A DNA stretch of 64,000 nt from Octopus sinensis (GCF_006345805.1 NC_043025.1:11594001-11658000), one strand, 5' to 3'; counted from the first letter of the stretch, positions 35,995-53,427 are shown. Numbers and translations: made by a program. The notes: a model not told the origin generated them from the letters alone.

Positions 35995-37094
35995 CCGTAA
36001 ATCCTCGAGTATAGTCCGCCCTCGGGTATAATACGCAGGGAATTTTTAGGGGGCTGTACCTCTGAAACTAAATTGAAGAAAATATTTTGAACTATTAGCA
36101 CATATTCAATATTGTCACCCTATTTTATATTTATACTATCACCAAGCTTTATACAGCCTTCATATGTTACACAGTTGCCATGACTCCTTATACAATCATC
36201 ATCCCTTATACAGTCACCATACTTTATACAGTTACCATAATATATACCGTAAATCCTCGAGTATAGTCCGCCCTTGAGTATAATACGCAGGAGAGTTTTG
36301 GGGGGCTGTACCTCTGAAAAACCCAGACCTTGTGTATAATATGCACCCCTTCTCTAACTTGAGTCAAGGAATTCTATATAACGTCTTTGGTTTGTAAAAA
36401 TGTATATGGTAACATCCTTTATTATTATTGTATATATAACATAATGCAAACGTGTATACGCAAGGGATTTTTAGGGGGCTGTACCTCTGAAAAGCCTAAA
36501 CCTTCTCTTGTATTGTATAACTTGAGTCAAGGGGGTCTATATAACGTCCTTGGTTTGTAAGAATGTATACAGTAATGTCCTTTATTATTATTGTGTATAT
36601 AACATAATGCAAGCGTGTATACGCAGGGGATTTTTAGGGGGCTGTACCTCTGGAAAACCTAAACCTTGTGTATAATACGCACCCCTTCTCTAACTCAAGT
36701 CAAGGAGGTCTATATAACGTCCTTGGTTTGTAAAAATGTATACGGTAATGTCCTTTATTATTATTGTATATATAACATAATTCAAACATGTAGCTTTATT
36801 GTGCATTTTGTTTGCAGAAAATAAAGAAATAACAGTAATAACGTTTAATAAATGTTGCTTACTGCAAGTTATGGATGATTCTTTTATGACTTCATTGCTT
36901 TCAGGCTTAGCTTAAGGTATTTTTGCTCCCGACATCACAAAATGCGTCTGAATAAACATTGCCAGAGAGCAAATAGAGACTCAGACATTGCTTAGAAAAT
37001 ATTTTTCGTTTTTAACCTAGTGTATAATATGCACTAGGGATTTTGACCTTTAAATTTTGGGAAAAAAGTGTGTATTATACTCGAGGATTTACGG
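35995..37094. mobile_element. Composite pogo-like MITE carrying about 180 bp of SVOP intron 1 sequence
   Basis: Outer TIRs with TA on both sides. Internal 36070-36246 matches 26733-26800 joined to 27191-27307. Confidence 0.8.
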
Positions 37095-37329
37095 TACTAA
37101 CTTAATGTTTCATCATTGTGAAGGAAATAAAATACTGGTGATGGATTAGATTTAATATTTTATTAAGTAATAGCAGATCATCATCATCATCATCATCATT
37201 TAACGTCTGTTTTCCATGCTAGCATGGGTTGGACGGTTCAACCGGGGCCTGGGAAGCCAGGAGGTTGAACCTGGTTCCAATCTGATCTAGCAGCGTTTCT
37301 ACAGCTTGATGCCCTTCCTCCGTGAGTGT

Positions 37330-37770
37330 AGTGGGTGCCTTTACATGCCACCGGCACAGGTGCCAGGCGAGGCTGGCAATGGCCACGATCGGATTGGTGC
37401 TTTTTATGGGCCACCGGCACAGAAGCCAGTCAAGGCGGCGCTGGCATCGGCCACGTTCGGATGGTGCTTTTTATGTGCCACTGGCACAGAAGCCAGTAAA
37501 GGCGACGCTGGCATCTGTCACGATCGGATGGTGCTTTTTACGTGCCACCGGCACAGAAGCCAGTCAAGGCGGCGCTGGCATCGGCCACGTTCGGATGGTG
37601 CTTTTTACGTGCCACTGGCACAGAAGCCAGTCAAGGCGACGCTGGCATCTGTCACGATTGGATGGTGCTTTTTACGTGCCACCGGCACAGAAGCCAGTAA
37701 AGGCGAGCTGGCATCGGCCACGTTCGGATGGTGCTTTTTACGTGCCACTGGCATGGAAGCCAGTCAAGGA
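37330..37770. repeat. 67-bp GC-rich minisatellite, about 7 copies, alternating A/B variants
   Basis: The GGCA anchor recurs at 37353, 37416, 37483, 37550, 37617, 37684 and 37750. Confidence 0.9.
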
Positions 37771-39485
37771 TTATAACAGAAAATGAAGACTAACTTTGTC
37801 TTTAATCCTTAAGCATTCATATCATTCTGTGAAAATTAACGCATTTTTCTTCACATTGGTTTAAATTAATCATACATTATCTTGTAGCTATGAGATTTTG
37901 GTGAGGTAACTGCTAATTTTCAGAGTGATATTGTAGGGTTGGTGTGAGAGACCAGATCTGGCCAGTTTGAACATAAAACAGGTTAAATACTTTGGCCACA
38001 TATAATAATAATAATAAAACATTGTGTACAGTGCTCAGGTGCAGTACAACTCATCTAAAGTGTATATATAATCAGGTGTAGGTTCGGCGGATTTCGGAAA
38101 GCATGAGGGCCTTAAAGGATGCAGTGTCATGGCAGTCAACAACTGACGCAGGCAGTTTGTTCCATGCTTCAGCAACTCTGAGCGTGAAAAAATGTTTCCA
38201 AAAGTCATGGGAGCTGTGTTGTTTTCTGACTTTGTAGGCATGTCCACGTGTGTTAGACACATGGAGATCAAAAAGGTGTTCAGTGTTGTTGTTGGTGAGG
38301 TGGTTTAAATACGAAAGGGTTAATCCTTCAGGTCAGATGTGGTGTGGTGGTGGTGGAGGGCATATGCTGTTGCAGTGTGTTGCTCTATTCACCATATGTC
38401 AGTATATTCAAGGGTCTTTCTTCCAAGGTAACCCATCAAGTATAGTTCCAGTCAGTCCCCATTAAGTAACATGGCCAAATGGGCTGAGCTGGATCTCCAG
38501 AATCTTATAAGTAACAAGATGCCCTCCAGTTTCTGAGTTGAGTCATTGGTTGGATATGAAATCCAACCAATGGTAACCTATAATCCTGCAAAGTGTCCTG
38601 GTATGAAAGGAGTTCAGGCAGCTCCTAAGGGTTGTTTGTTTGTTTCTTCTCGAGCCATGCCTGGTTCATAAGCGCCGGTTTCCTGGTTTCTTTGGCATAT
38701 AGGTTCCCCACCTGGACTGGACACCGGTCCGTCACAGGTGAGCTGCAAGATGCAGGAGGAAAGTGTGAGAGAAAGTCTTCTTGTACCTTCTCGAGCCATG
38801 CCTGGCTCATAAGGGCCGGTTTCCCAGTTTCCTTGGCGTGTAGGTTCCCCACCTGGACAGGATGCCGGTCCGTCGCAGGTGAGCTGCAAGATGCATGAGG
38901 AAAGAGTGAGAGAAAGTTGTGGCGAAAGAGTCAGCAAAAGTTTCGCCATTACCTTCTGCCGGAGCCGCGTGGAGCTTAGGTGTTTTCGCTCATAAACACA
39001 CACATCACCCGGTCTGAGATTCAAACCGCTAGTCAAAATTTTCAATAACTTAATTTTTAATGCAGAATGTGACTTATCCTCAACTTAAATTTTTATTCAT
39101 TCAGGATCAATAAAATAACAGCTGTTGAAACAAATACCAGCCATATATTAACATGGATTAAAATATTTCTACAAGGCATCGCAGACATGAATGGAAACTT
39201 TAGTTTTCAGCTTGCTTACGAACCAAATGGTTCCGGGTTCAGTCCCACTGCGTGGCACCTTGGACAAGTGTTTTCTACTATAGCCTCGGGCTGACCAAAG
39301 TCTTGTGAGTGGATTTGGTAGACAGAAACTGAAAGAAACCCGTCGTGTATATATATATATATAGTATATATATATATATATATATATATATTATGTATAT
39401 ATATTATATATATATATTATATATATTATATATATATATATATGTATATATATATAATATATATATATGTATATATATATATATA

Positions 39486-39534
<49 letters not shown>

Positions 39535-40906
39535 AGTATATATATATATATATATATGCAGGAGTGGCTGTGTGGTAAGTAGCTTGTTTACCAACCACAT
39601 GGTTCCGGGTTCAGTCCCACTGCGTGGCACCTTGGACAAGTGTTTTCTACTACAGCCTCGGGCCGACCAAAGCTTTGTGAGTGGATTTGGTAGACAGAAA
39701 CCGAAACAAGCCAGTCGTATATATGTATATGTATATATATGTGTGTGTGTGTCTGTGTTTGTCCCCCCCAACATCACTTAACAACCAATGCTGGTGTGTT
39801 TATGTCCCCGTAACTTTGTGGTTCGGCAAAAGGGACCAATATAATAAGTACTAGGCTTACAAAGAATGAAATAATGCACATACCCACACAAGTGCATCCC
39901 CACCAACTTTGTTTCCTCATAACTTTCAGAAAAGTAAGCAGTTTTTGATAAAATTTTCTACAAATACCTTTCAGATGGTATAGATTCTCATCATACCAGA
40001 ATCTAACGTGTTAAAGAGAAATAAAATGGTGAGCGCTTGCATACATACTGACACACGTCACAAGACTTTTCAAAATTTCAAGTTTCATTTTGTATATAAA
40101 AATATACAAACCTACATATGTGTATGTGTGTATGCATACATACATATATATATATAGGCGCAGGAGTGGCTGTGTGGTAAGTAGCTTGCTTACCAACCAC
40201 ATAGTTCCGGGTTTAGTCCCACTGCGTGGCATCTTGGGCAAGTGTCTTCTACTATAGCCTCGGGCTGACCAAAGCCTTGTGAGTGGATTTGGTAGACGGA
40301 AACTGAAAGAAGCCTGTCGTATGTATGTATATATATATATATGCATGTGTGTGTTTGTGCGTCTGTGTTTGTCTCCCTAGCATTGCTTGACAACCGATGC
40401 TGGTGTGTTTACATCCCCGTCACTTAGCAGTTCGGCAAAAGAGACCGATAGAATAAGTACTGGGCTTACAAAAGAATAAATCCCGGGGTCGAGTTGCTCG
40501 ATTAAAGGCAGTGCTCCAGCATGGCCGCAGTCATATGACTGAAACAAGTAAAAGAGTAAAGAGATATATATGTATAGATATATATAAAAGGAGCACTCCG
40601 TCGATCAATGGAACAGCCTGCTCGAGAAATTAAAATGCAAGTGGCTGAGTACTCCATAGACACACGTACCCTTAACGTAGTTCTGAGGGAGATTCAGCGT
40701 GACACAGGGTGTGACAAGGCCGGCCCTTTGAAATACAGCTACTACTCATTTTTGCCAGCTGAATGGACTGGGGCAATGCGAAATAAAGTGTCTTGCTCAA
40801 AGACACAACGTGTCGCCAGGAATTGAATTCGCAATCTTACGAGCATGAGCCGAATGCTCTATCCACTAAGCCACGTGCCGTATATATATATGTGTGTGTG
40901 TGTATA

Positions 40907-40940
<34 letters not shown>

Positions 40941-41624
40941 CTCTTTTCTCTTTTACTCTTTTGCTTGTTTCAGTCATTTGACTGCGGCAATGCTGGAGCA
41001 CTGCCTTTAGTCGAGCAACTCGACCTCGGGACTTATTCTTTGTAAGCCCAGTACTTATTCTATCGGTCTCTTTTGCCGAACTGCTAAGTGACGGGGACGT
41101 AAACACACCAGCATCGGTTGTCAAGCAATGCTAGGGGGACAAACACAGACACACAAACACACAGATGCATATATATATATATACATATATACGACGGGCT
41201 TCTTTCAGTTTCCGTCTACCAAATCCACTCACAAGGCTTTGGTCGGCCCGAGGCTATAGTAGAAGACACTTGCCCAAGGTGTCACGTAGTGGGACTAAAC
41301 CTGGAACCATGTGGTTGGTAAACAAGCTACTTACCACACAGCCACTCCTGCGCAGTATATATATATATATATATATACCAACATCGCCTTACTGGCACCT
41401 GTGCTGGTGGCATGTGTAAGTACCGCACTACACTCTCGGAGTGGTTGGCGTTAGGAAGGGCATCCAGCTGTAGAAACTCTGCCAAATCAAGATTGGAGCC
41501 TGGTGCAGCCATCTGGTTCGCCAGCCCTCAGTCAAAATCGTCCAACCCATGCTAGCATGGAAAGCGGACGTTAAACGATGATGATGATGATATATATGTA
41601 TATATATATACATACATACACATA

Positions 41625-41670
<46 letters not shown>

Positions 41671-41974
41671 AGTGTGAGTGAGTATGTATGAATGGGCACA
41701 TCGATATTTTACATTAAATTTCGATTTTATAGTAATCTACGGAAACCTAAAGGTATTGCGGAAAATTTATTAAAAAATACGTAATTTTTTCGTCCCTTCT
41801 TCTCAAAGTCAACTTATATGACAAAGTCAGTGGGGTGGACAGGTACATTTGTGTAAGTAAGCCAAATAAAATACCGATAAAATACTGGGGGTACATTGAA
41901 TATTTCTATAATCCATCCTGAATGAGAATAGAAATTATGACATAAGTCTATGATATATTGACCTTTCATCTTTC

Positions 41975-42470
41975 TGGGGTCGATAAAATAAAGTAACAGT
42001 GAAATACTGTGGTAGGTTTAATATTCCTAGGAAGCACCCTAGGTCTGGATGGACTACGGGTACCTTTGTAATCATTGTAAGGTTGATAAAATAAAGGGCG
42101 ACGTAACACCGGGTGTTCGTATTCTTTGCCTTCGCCAAAGGAAGTACCAGTGAAATACTGAGATAGGTTTAATATTCCTAGGAAGCACCCTAGGTCTGGA
42201 TGGACTAAGGGTACCTTTGTAATCATTGTAAGGTTGATGAAACAAAGGGCGACGTAACACCGGGTGTTCGTATCCTTTGCTTTCGCCAAAGGAAGTACCA
42301 GTGAAATACTGTGGTAGGTTTAATATTCCTATGAAGCACCCTAGGTCTGGATGGATTAAGGGTACCTTTGTAATCATTATAAGGTTGATAAAATAAAGGG
42401 CGACGTAACACCGGGTGTTCGTATCCTTTGCTTTCGCCAAACGAAGTACCAGTGAAATACTAGGGGTAGA
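41975..42470. repeat. 151-bp tandem repeat (3+ copies) seeded from a SINE-like core, followed by degenerate cores to about 42790
   Basis: CAGTGAAATACT recurs at 41997, 42148, 42299 and 42450. Confidence 0.85.
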
Positions 42471-43935
42471 CTGAATACGCCTGTTAAACATCACAGCTGT
42501 TCATAGAATTATAATAGAAAACTAAGGCTGACTTTACCCTTTCGTCCCTTTGGAGTTGATAAAATAAAGTAACAGTGAAATACCAGGGTAAATGTAATAT
42601 TCCTACAAAACATCTTAGATGTAAGTGAAATATAATTTGCCTTTAATCCTTCCGGGATTGATAAAATAAAGTAGCAGTGAAATATTGCGGTAAATTTAAT
42701 AAATTATAATAGAAGACTAACTTTCCTTCCTTATCCATCTGGTGTCGATAAAATAAAGTACCAGTGAAATACTGGGGGCTGATTTAATATTGTTTTATAA
42801 ATGGAATTTATAATAGTATTATAATAGTATACTAGCAGGATTTGAACTAACAATGGCTAGAGATATAAAACTGCTTGACATGTCCGTTTGTTAGAAATAG
42901 CAGCCAGAAATTTCCCCCCCATCGAATCGCAATCTATGTTGGGAAAACAAAATAAAATGGAAGGATATATATTATATGACAGGATGGTCGTGGACGGAAC
43001 ACCTTGAATCAGAACAGCAGCAACAACAATGATGTCACTCCCTGGTCGATCGGCCTTCTAGAAATAACAGCTAAACTCTCACGTAAAACGTCAACATACT
43101 GTATTTTTAAGACGGTCACAAGGAGATAATTACGATAATTAAGGAAAACAAACAATTACGAATGACACATTAGATAGTGTAGTCCTTGGTATACTTATGT
43201 CTGTAGGAAATTTCTTTTTTAATTAACGACAGATGGAATACCTCGCTTGATTATCCGCCTCATATGGATTAAGATCTTAATTGACAAACAGCGACTACGA
43301 ACGAACGATGAAGGTGGAAATTGATTTAGATGAAGCCAAGTGCTCGATTGCAACGACAAAATATGGGAAGCGGCGGGATAGCCACGGCAGGAACGTCGTT
43401 TGATTATGTAAATAAAAAAAATACAAGAGGTGCGCTCGATTAGTGTGTGGGTGGAGGTGAGGGGTGGGGCAAAACGGGCGACCTGAAGATTTAAACAAAA
43501 CCATAATAATAATAATAATAATAATAATAATTGTAATTAGTTCTTTTAAAGGGCAGCGATTTTTGAGGGGAGGGGAAGTCGGTCGGTACCATCGACTCTC
43601 AATATGTGACCGGTGGTATTAGTACTACTATTATTACTACTAAAACTACTGCTTAAAAATGGTCGCTAATTTAGGCACAATGCCAGCAATTTTGGGAGGA
43701 AAGGGCCAGTCGATAAATAGACCCCAATGCTTGTCTGGTGATGGTACTACTACCTCTACTACTACACCACCACCACAACAACAACAACAACAACAACAAC
43801 GTAATAATAATAATAATAATAATTTCTGTTATAGGCATAAGGTCTGAAATTTTGGAGGTGGTGGGCGATTGTGGATAACCTCGACCTTATTGTTCAAAGG
43901 AAAGGCAAAGTTGACCACAGCGGAATTTCAACAGC

Positions 43936-43973
<38 letters not shown>

Positions 43974-44610
43974 TAATTATAATGATAATAATAATAATAA
44001 TAATAGTAATAATAATAATAGTAATAATAATAATAGTAATGATAATAATAATAGTAATAATAATAATAATAGTAATAATAATAATCGCTTCTTTATTTGC
44101 TACACTAAGAAAGGTTTCGAATGTTGGTGCAAGGATGGCAATTTTGAGGAGAAGTCTAAGTCGACCCTAGTGCTCAACTGGTACTTAGTTCATCGACCCC
44201 CGAAAGGACGAAATGTAAAGTCGACCAGGGCGGAATTTGAACTCAAAATCACAATAATCACACACATCCCTATTTATCTCAAACTGTGTATTTTTTTTTT
44301 GTCCTCACCTTCATATGAAAATAAAATCCGTCACCCACCTTCCTCATATAAATAAAGACAGAAGGAAACGGAAAACGATATAAATATAGAAGCAAGAAAT
44401 CCACCCGTCTGCCCTTCATTATGTTAGAGTGTTTGTCTGGGTCGGGTAACCTCACCTGAAATTAAAAACCCGTCCTCGACCCTCCCTCCACTTGAAAATT
44501 ACACCCGTTTCTCCCATTCCCTGCAAAAACTGAAAGACAGGCAGAAAGAAACAATAAAACGGAGAGCAACACAGATACAAACGAAAAAGAAAGGTATTTA
44601 TCCACCTCAC

Positions 44611-44779
44611 CTTCATTGCTTTCGGGTGTTTCTAAAGTTTTGACATCACCATCTGTCGGCTTTTGGTCAGACGGGTTCGGTATAACCGCCGGCGGGTCGG
44701 ACACGATACTAGCCACATCTTTACCGTCCAAGTCTTCATAGCTGTCTCCTTTAGAGAACTGTACCAATCTCGACAACAT
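44611..44779 (-). CDS. SVOP: SVOP-like transporter, coding exon 1 (MLSRLVQFSK...TPESNE, 169 nt, ends phase 1)
   Basis: ATG at 44779 and donor GAAG|gtgagg at 44610. The acidic N-terminal tail joins exon 2 in phase (G+AA = Glu). This exon has little recognisable homology, so it is assigned by phase, strand and position. Confidence 0.75.
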
Positions 44780-45149
44780 TGTACCCTACGTACCCACCTT
44801 GGTTTAAGGTTTTGAGGGGGATCTTTTCGTCCGGTTAGCTTCCTTTTTTCTTGTGTGTTTTTTCCCTCTCTTCGTCTTCGCTTCACCCACCGTTTGACCG
44901 GGTCTCTCTCTCTGACTGCTTCTAATAAGTTCTTTATCTCTCTCTCTTTTTCTTCTTATCCTGCTGCTGTTTGCTGTTGTTGTTGTTGGTGGTGGTGTGT
45001 TGTGTTGCTGGTGGTGGTCGTGGTGGTGGTCGTGGTGGTGTGGGTGGTGACGGTGGTAACGGTGTCACAGCAGGACTCACAATACATATGTATTCTACTC
45101 AATGACAATGTGAAAATATGTATGTGAATTTGTATGCGTGAATGTGTGT

Positions 45150-48480
<3,331 letters not shown>

Positions 48481-48783
48481 CGTGTGTGTATATGTGTGTA
48501 AATATATACACTGGGCCCGTGGGCGGTTATATGCACAGAGTTGATAGAAAAGAGGTTTAACACTAAAGTCGGTGCTCCAGCGTGATCTTGCGGTGTTTGC
48601 TAAAAAAAGGAAATGTATATATATCCGTGTGAATGTGTGTGAGTGTATATGTGGGTTTGTGTATGTGTGCGTGTGTGTGTGTGTGTGTTTGTACATGTGC
48701 GTATGGTGTGAGAGCGTGTGTGTGTATGTGTGTGCGTGCATGTGTGTATGCGTACGTGTGTATGTGCATGTCTAGGGTGTGTA

Positions 48784-48815
<32 letters not shown>

Positions 48816-49207
48816 CTCTTTTACTCTTTTACTTGTTTCAGTCATTTGACTGTGGCCATGCTGGAGCACCGCCTTTTAATCGAGCAACTCGACCCAGGGA
48901 CTTATTCTTTTTGTAAGCCCAGTATCTTTTGCCGAACCGCTAGGTAACGGGGACATAAACACACCAGCATCGGTTGTCAAGCAATGGTGGGGGGACAAAC
49001 ATAGACGCACAAACATATGCACACACATACATATATATACATATATACAACGGGCTTCTTTCAGTTTCCGTCTACGAAATCTACTCAGGCTTTGGTCAGC
49101 CCGAGGCTATAGTAGAAGACACTTGCCCAAGGTGCCACGCAGTGGGACTGAACCCGGAATCATGTGGTTGGTAAACAAGCTACTTACCACACAGCCACTC
49201 CTATGCC

Positions 49208-49287
<80 letters not shown>

Positions 49288-49288
<1 letters not shown>

Positions 49289-49799
49289 TAGCAGTATCGC
49301 CCGGCGTTGTTCGGATTTGTAAGGGAAATAACTATAAAGCATTTTTTAGAGAGTTACTTCCCTTATAGATGCCAATTCGGGCTTTCTTAGCCATTTCTGT
49401 TTTGGTGTCTTCAAGCCATGAAGTCGTTGTTCAAAAGAACGCTGGTCTCTTGACAACGCTTTACGACGTTGATTTCCTTACACTCCCTTCCCCACAGCTT
49501 CACGAGGGAGGGAAGAAGGGGAGAGAAGCAAACAGGTGCAGGTGTGACCATGGACGCCAACTCCGCCGCCATCGACACACGAAAAATTATGCATTAAAAT
49601 GGAATAAAATATGATGTTAAATTATTTTAAAAATCGTAGACTCATCGTAGACGCGCGCTAATACTCAGACGGGCTCGATATGAATCACGACTATAAGATA
49701 CCCGCTTTTGGTTAAACTGCACCGCAAAATGTGGGAGTAGTTAGGAATCTAAATCGAAGGGGACAGACACTCACACAACTAGAGTTTTATATATATAGA
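49288..49799 (-). mobile_element. Non-autonomous Helitron
   Basis: The same 3' terminus in reverse complement (CTAGCAGTATCGCCCGGCGTTG at 49288), with 5' TC at 49799. Confidence 0.75.
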
Positions 49800-50722
49800 T
49801 ATAAATAAAGTTAATCCAAACAAGAAAACAAAAAGACAACAACGCAAGGATGTGGAACAAATAGGGTATTATTGGACGCTCAGGAAAGAAGGATATATAT
49901 ATGTGTGTGTGTGTGTGTGTTTGTGTGTGTGTATGTGTGTGTGTATGTGTATGTGTTTGTGCATGTGTGTATGAAAGTGTGTGTGTATGAGTGTTAAGGG
50001 CACCGTGTGTGTATTACGGTCTTTCGGGGGCCACACCAGAGTCTAAACATCTGTTGCCCTTGGGAATTCCTGCGTACCAATGACCTAGTTTTCATAACTT
50101 GCTCTGAAAATTTTGCCTTGTCATGCGTCATGTCAAACCGCTTCCAGGCCACCATACAAAATATGACCTTTTCAAGTTCTTTGCAGTGTGACCCACCAAA
50201 TGATATGTCATGCGCAATGGTCCAGTGGTTAGGGCAGCGGACTCGCGGTCGTAGGATCGCGGTTTCGATTCCCAGACCGGGCGTTGTGAGTGTTTATTGA
50301 GCGAAAACACCTAAAAGCTCCACGAGGCTCCGGCAGGGGATGGTGGTGATCCCTGCTGTACTCTTTCACCACAACTTTCTCTCACTCTTACTTCCTGTTT
50401 CTGTTGTACCTGTATTTCAAGGGGCCGGCCTTGTCACTCTGTGTCACGCTGAATATCCCCGAGAACTAGGTTAAGGGTACACGTGTCTGTGGAGTGCTCA
50501 GCCACTTGCGCGTTAATTTTACGAACAGGCTGTTCCGTTGATCGGATCAACCGGAACCCTCATCGTCGTAACCGACGGAGTGCTTCCACCACAGATATGT
50601 CATGCCTTATGCAACCGGCTTCTCATAAAAAATTACTCATTACTGACACTTTAGTATTTAAACTAGTGGTTCCCAAACTTTTTCCATCTGCCACCACCCC
50701 CTTGGTTCTAAGGTCCCATTCC

Positions 50723-51382
50723 GGATCTTTTCGGTTTGACCGGCAGTTTTTTTCTAGCGGTGTCATATGAAATTGTCACCCATAATTATGACCCTAGTAT
50801 CGATCTATTGCATTTCAATCTGTTTTAGGGTTAGGGTTAGGGGTGGGGGTAAGGGTATCTTTTTTTCTTTACAAATGTAAATAAACCCAATCTGTTTCTT
50901 AAACGAAGGACATATTCATGCGGCACAGAATGTTTTTCTTACCTCAATAGACATCAGTGATTGGTTGAAATTGCAGAAATTGAAGAAAAAAACAACAAAT
51001 ATCTTACAAACTATAGAATTTTCTCAATAAAGCCAAGAGAAAAAGATGTTTTATAAACACATTCTACCAGTATACGAAGTTTAAAAGTGTTTAGTTACGT
51101 GGAAATTATTTTAAAAAACTGCCGGTCAAACCGAAAAGATCCAAACGAGGGACATATTCATGCGGCACAGAATGTTTTTTACCTCAATAGACATCATTGA
51201 TTGGTTGAAATTGCAGAAATTGAAGAAAAAAACAACAAATATCTTACAAACTATAGAATTTTCTCAATAAAGCCAAGAGAAAAAGATGTTTTATAAACAC
51301 ATTCTACCAGAATACGAAGTTTTAAATTTTTTAGTTACATGGAAATTATGTTAAAAAACTGCCGTTCAAACCGAAAAGATCC
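50723..51382 (+). mobile_element. GGATC-TIR MITE with internal duplication and (TTAGGG)3
   Basis: TIR GGATCTTTTCGGTTTGACCGGCAG at both ends, 8-bp TSD cccattcc, and TTAGGG x3 at 50825-50842. Confidence 0.85.
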
Positions 51383-52702
51383 CCCATTCCTAGTCTCCTA
51401 CCCAACTCACCATCACAGACATAGAGCATTTGGATTTTTACCTTTTGACCTACAGATCACCACCACCACCGCATCAACACCACCATCACCACTACAGCCA
51501 CCACCATCACTACCACCACTGCTGTCACAACTACCACCACTGCTGTCACAACTACCACCACTGCTGTCACAACTACCACCACCACCACAACCACCAGCAC
51601 CATCACCAGCACCACCACCACCACCATCACCACCACCACCATCATCACCACCATCATCATCATCACCACCACCATCACCGCCACCACCACCACCACCACC
51701 ACCACCACCACCACCATCACCACCACCACCACCACCATCACCACCATCATCACCACCACCTCCACGACCACCTCCACCACCACCGCCACCACCATCACCA
51801 CCACCACCACCATCACCACCACCACCACCACCACAACCATCACCATCACTACCATCACCATCATCGCCAGCACTGACACGACCATCACCACCACTACCAC
51901 CACCACCACAACCACCATCACCACCATCACCAACACCACCACCACCACCACCACTAACTCCCACCACCACCACCACCGCCACCACCACCACCACCACCAC
52001 AACTACCACCACCACCACTAACTCCCACCACCATTATTTATAAACACTTGCACCAGAACACTTCAATCCACTCCTTGTCACCCAATAAATTCCTAAAAGC
52101 CATTTATTTACCAGAAGTGCCTCCTTAAAATAACTACGCCGAATCATAGACGCAGGTGGAGCTGTGTGCTAAGGAGTTCATTTTTCAATCTTGGGGTTTC
52201 AGGTTCAAGCCCACTGCACGATACCTTGGAGAAATATTGACTACCAAAGCCGTGGATCGACCAAAACTTTGTAAATGGATTTGGCAGATGGGAACATGGA
52301 AACAGAAAGTATTATATTATAGATGTGTGTGTGTGTGTGTGTGCATGTGTGTGTGTGTGCATGTGTGTGTGTGTGCATGTGTGTGTGTGCATGTGTGTGT
52401 GTGTGCATGTGTGTGTGTGTGCATGTGTGTGTGTGCATGTGTGTGAGTGTGTACCTATGTATGTACGTACACTGATTGGTTGAAATTACCAAAATAGGAC
52501 AACTTTAACATGAAATTACTTCGTAAATATAAGTTTTTCTCCAAAACGCTCAGAGTAAAACATGTTTTATGTGACACATTCTACCAATGTCCGAAGTTTG
52601 AAAGGGTTTAGTTACAAAACATTTAAAATCTGTAGGTCAAAAGGTAAGGATCCAAATGCTCTATGTTTGTGATGGTGAGTTGGGGAGGAGACTAGGAATG
52701 GG

Positions 52703-53365
52703 GGATCTTTTCGGTTTGACCGGCAGTTTTTAACATAATTTCTAGGTAACTAAACACTTTTAAACTTCGTATACTGGTAGAATGTGTTTATAAAACATCT
52801 TTTTCTCTTGGCTTTTTTGAGAAAATTCTATAGTTTGTAAGATATTTGTTGTCTTTTCTTCAATTTCTGCAATTTCAACCAATCAATGATGTCTATTGAG
52901 GTAAAAAACATTCTGTGCCGCATGAATATGTCCCTCGTTTGGATCTTTTCGGTTTGACCGGCAGTTTTTTAAAATAATTTCCACGTAACTAAACACTTTT
53001 AAACTTCGTATACTGGTAGAATGTGTTTATAAAACATCTTTTTCTCTTGGCTTTATTGAGAAAATTCTATACTTTGTAAGATATTTGTTGTTTTTTTTTC
53101 TTCAATTTCTGCAATTTCAACCAATCAATGGTGTCTATTGAGGTAAAAAAAACAACATTCTGTGCCGTATGAATATGTCCTTCGTTTAAGAAACAGATTG
53201 GGTTTATTTACATTTGTGAAGAAAAAAAGATACCCCCGCCCCTACACCTAACCCTAACCCTAAAACAGATTGAAATGTAATAGATCGATACTAGGGTCAT
53301 AATTATGGGTGACAATTTCATATGACACCGCTAGAAAAAAACTGCCGGTCAAACCGAAAAGATCC
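52703..53365 (-). mobile_element. Inverted copy of the 50723-51382 MITE
   Basis: Reverse complement including the internal duplication and the adjoining flank. Confidence 0.8.
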
Positions 53366-53424
53366 GAGATCAACAGAGACAGAGAAAGAGCTTGAGAGAA
53401 GGTGAAGGAAAGAAATGGAAAATT

Positions 53425-53427
53425 GAA

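Noticed and set aside
37330-37770. CRISPR-like appearance of the 67-bp, 151-bp and 184-bp arrays
   Set aside because: Whole units repeat with no unique spacers, the context is eukaryotic and there are no cas genes.
44632-44886. 84-aa minus-strand ORF overlapping SVOP exon 1
   Set aside because: It is a different frame with no homology. The frame starting at ATG 44779 is the one that splices in phase to exon 2.
50825-50842. TTAGGG repeats as a telomere or chromosome-fusion site
   Set aside because: Only three units, and they are internal to a MITE.
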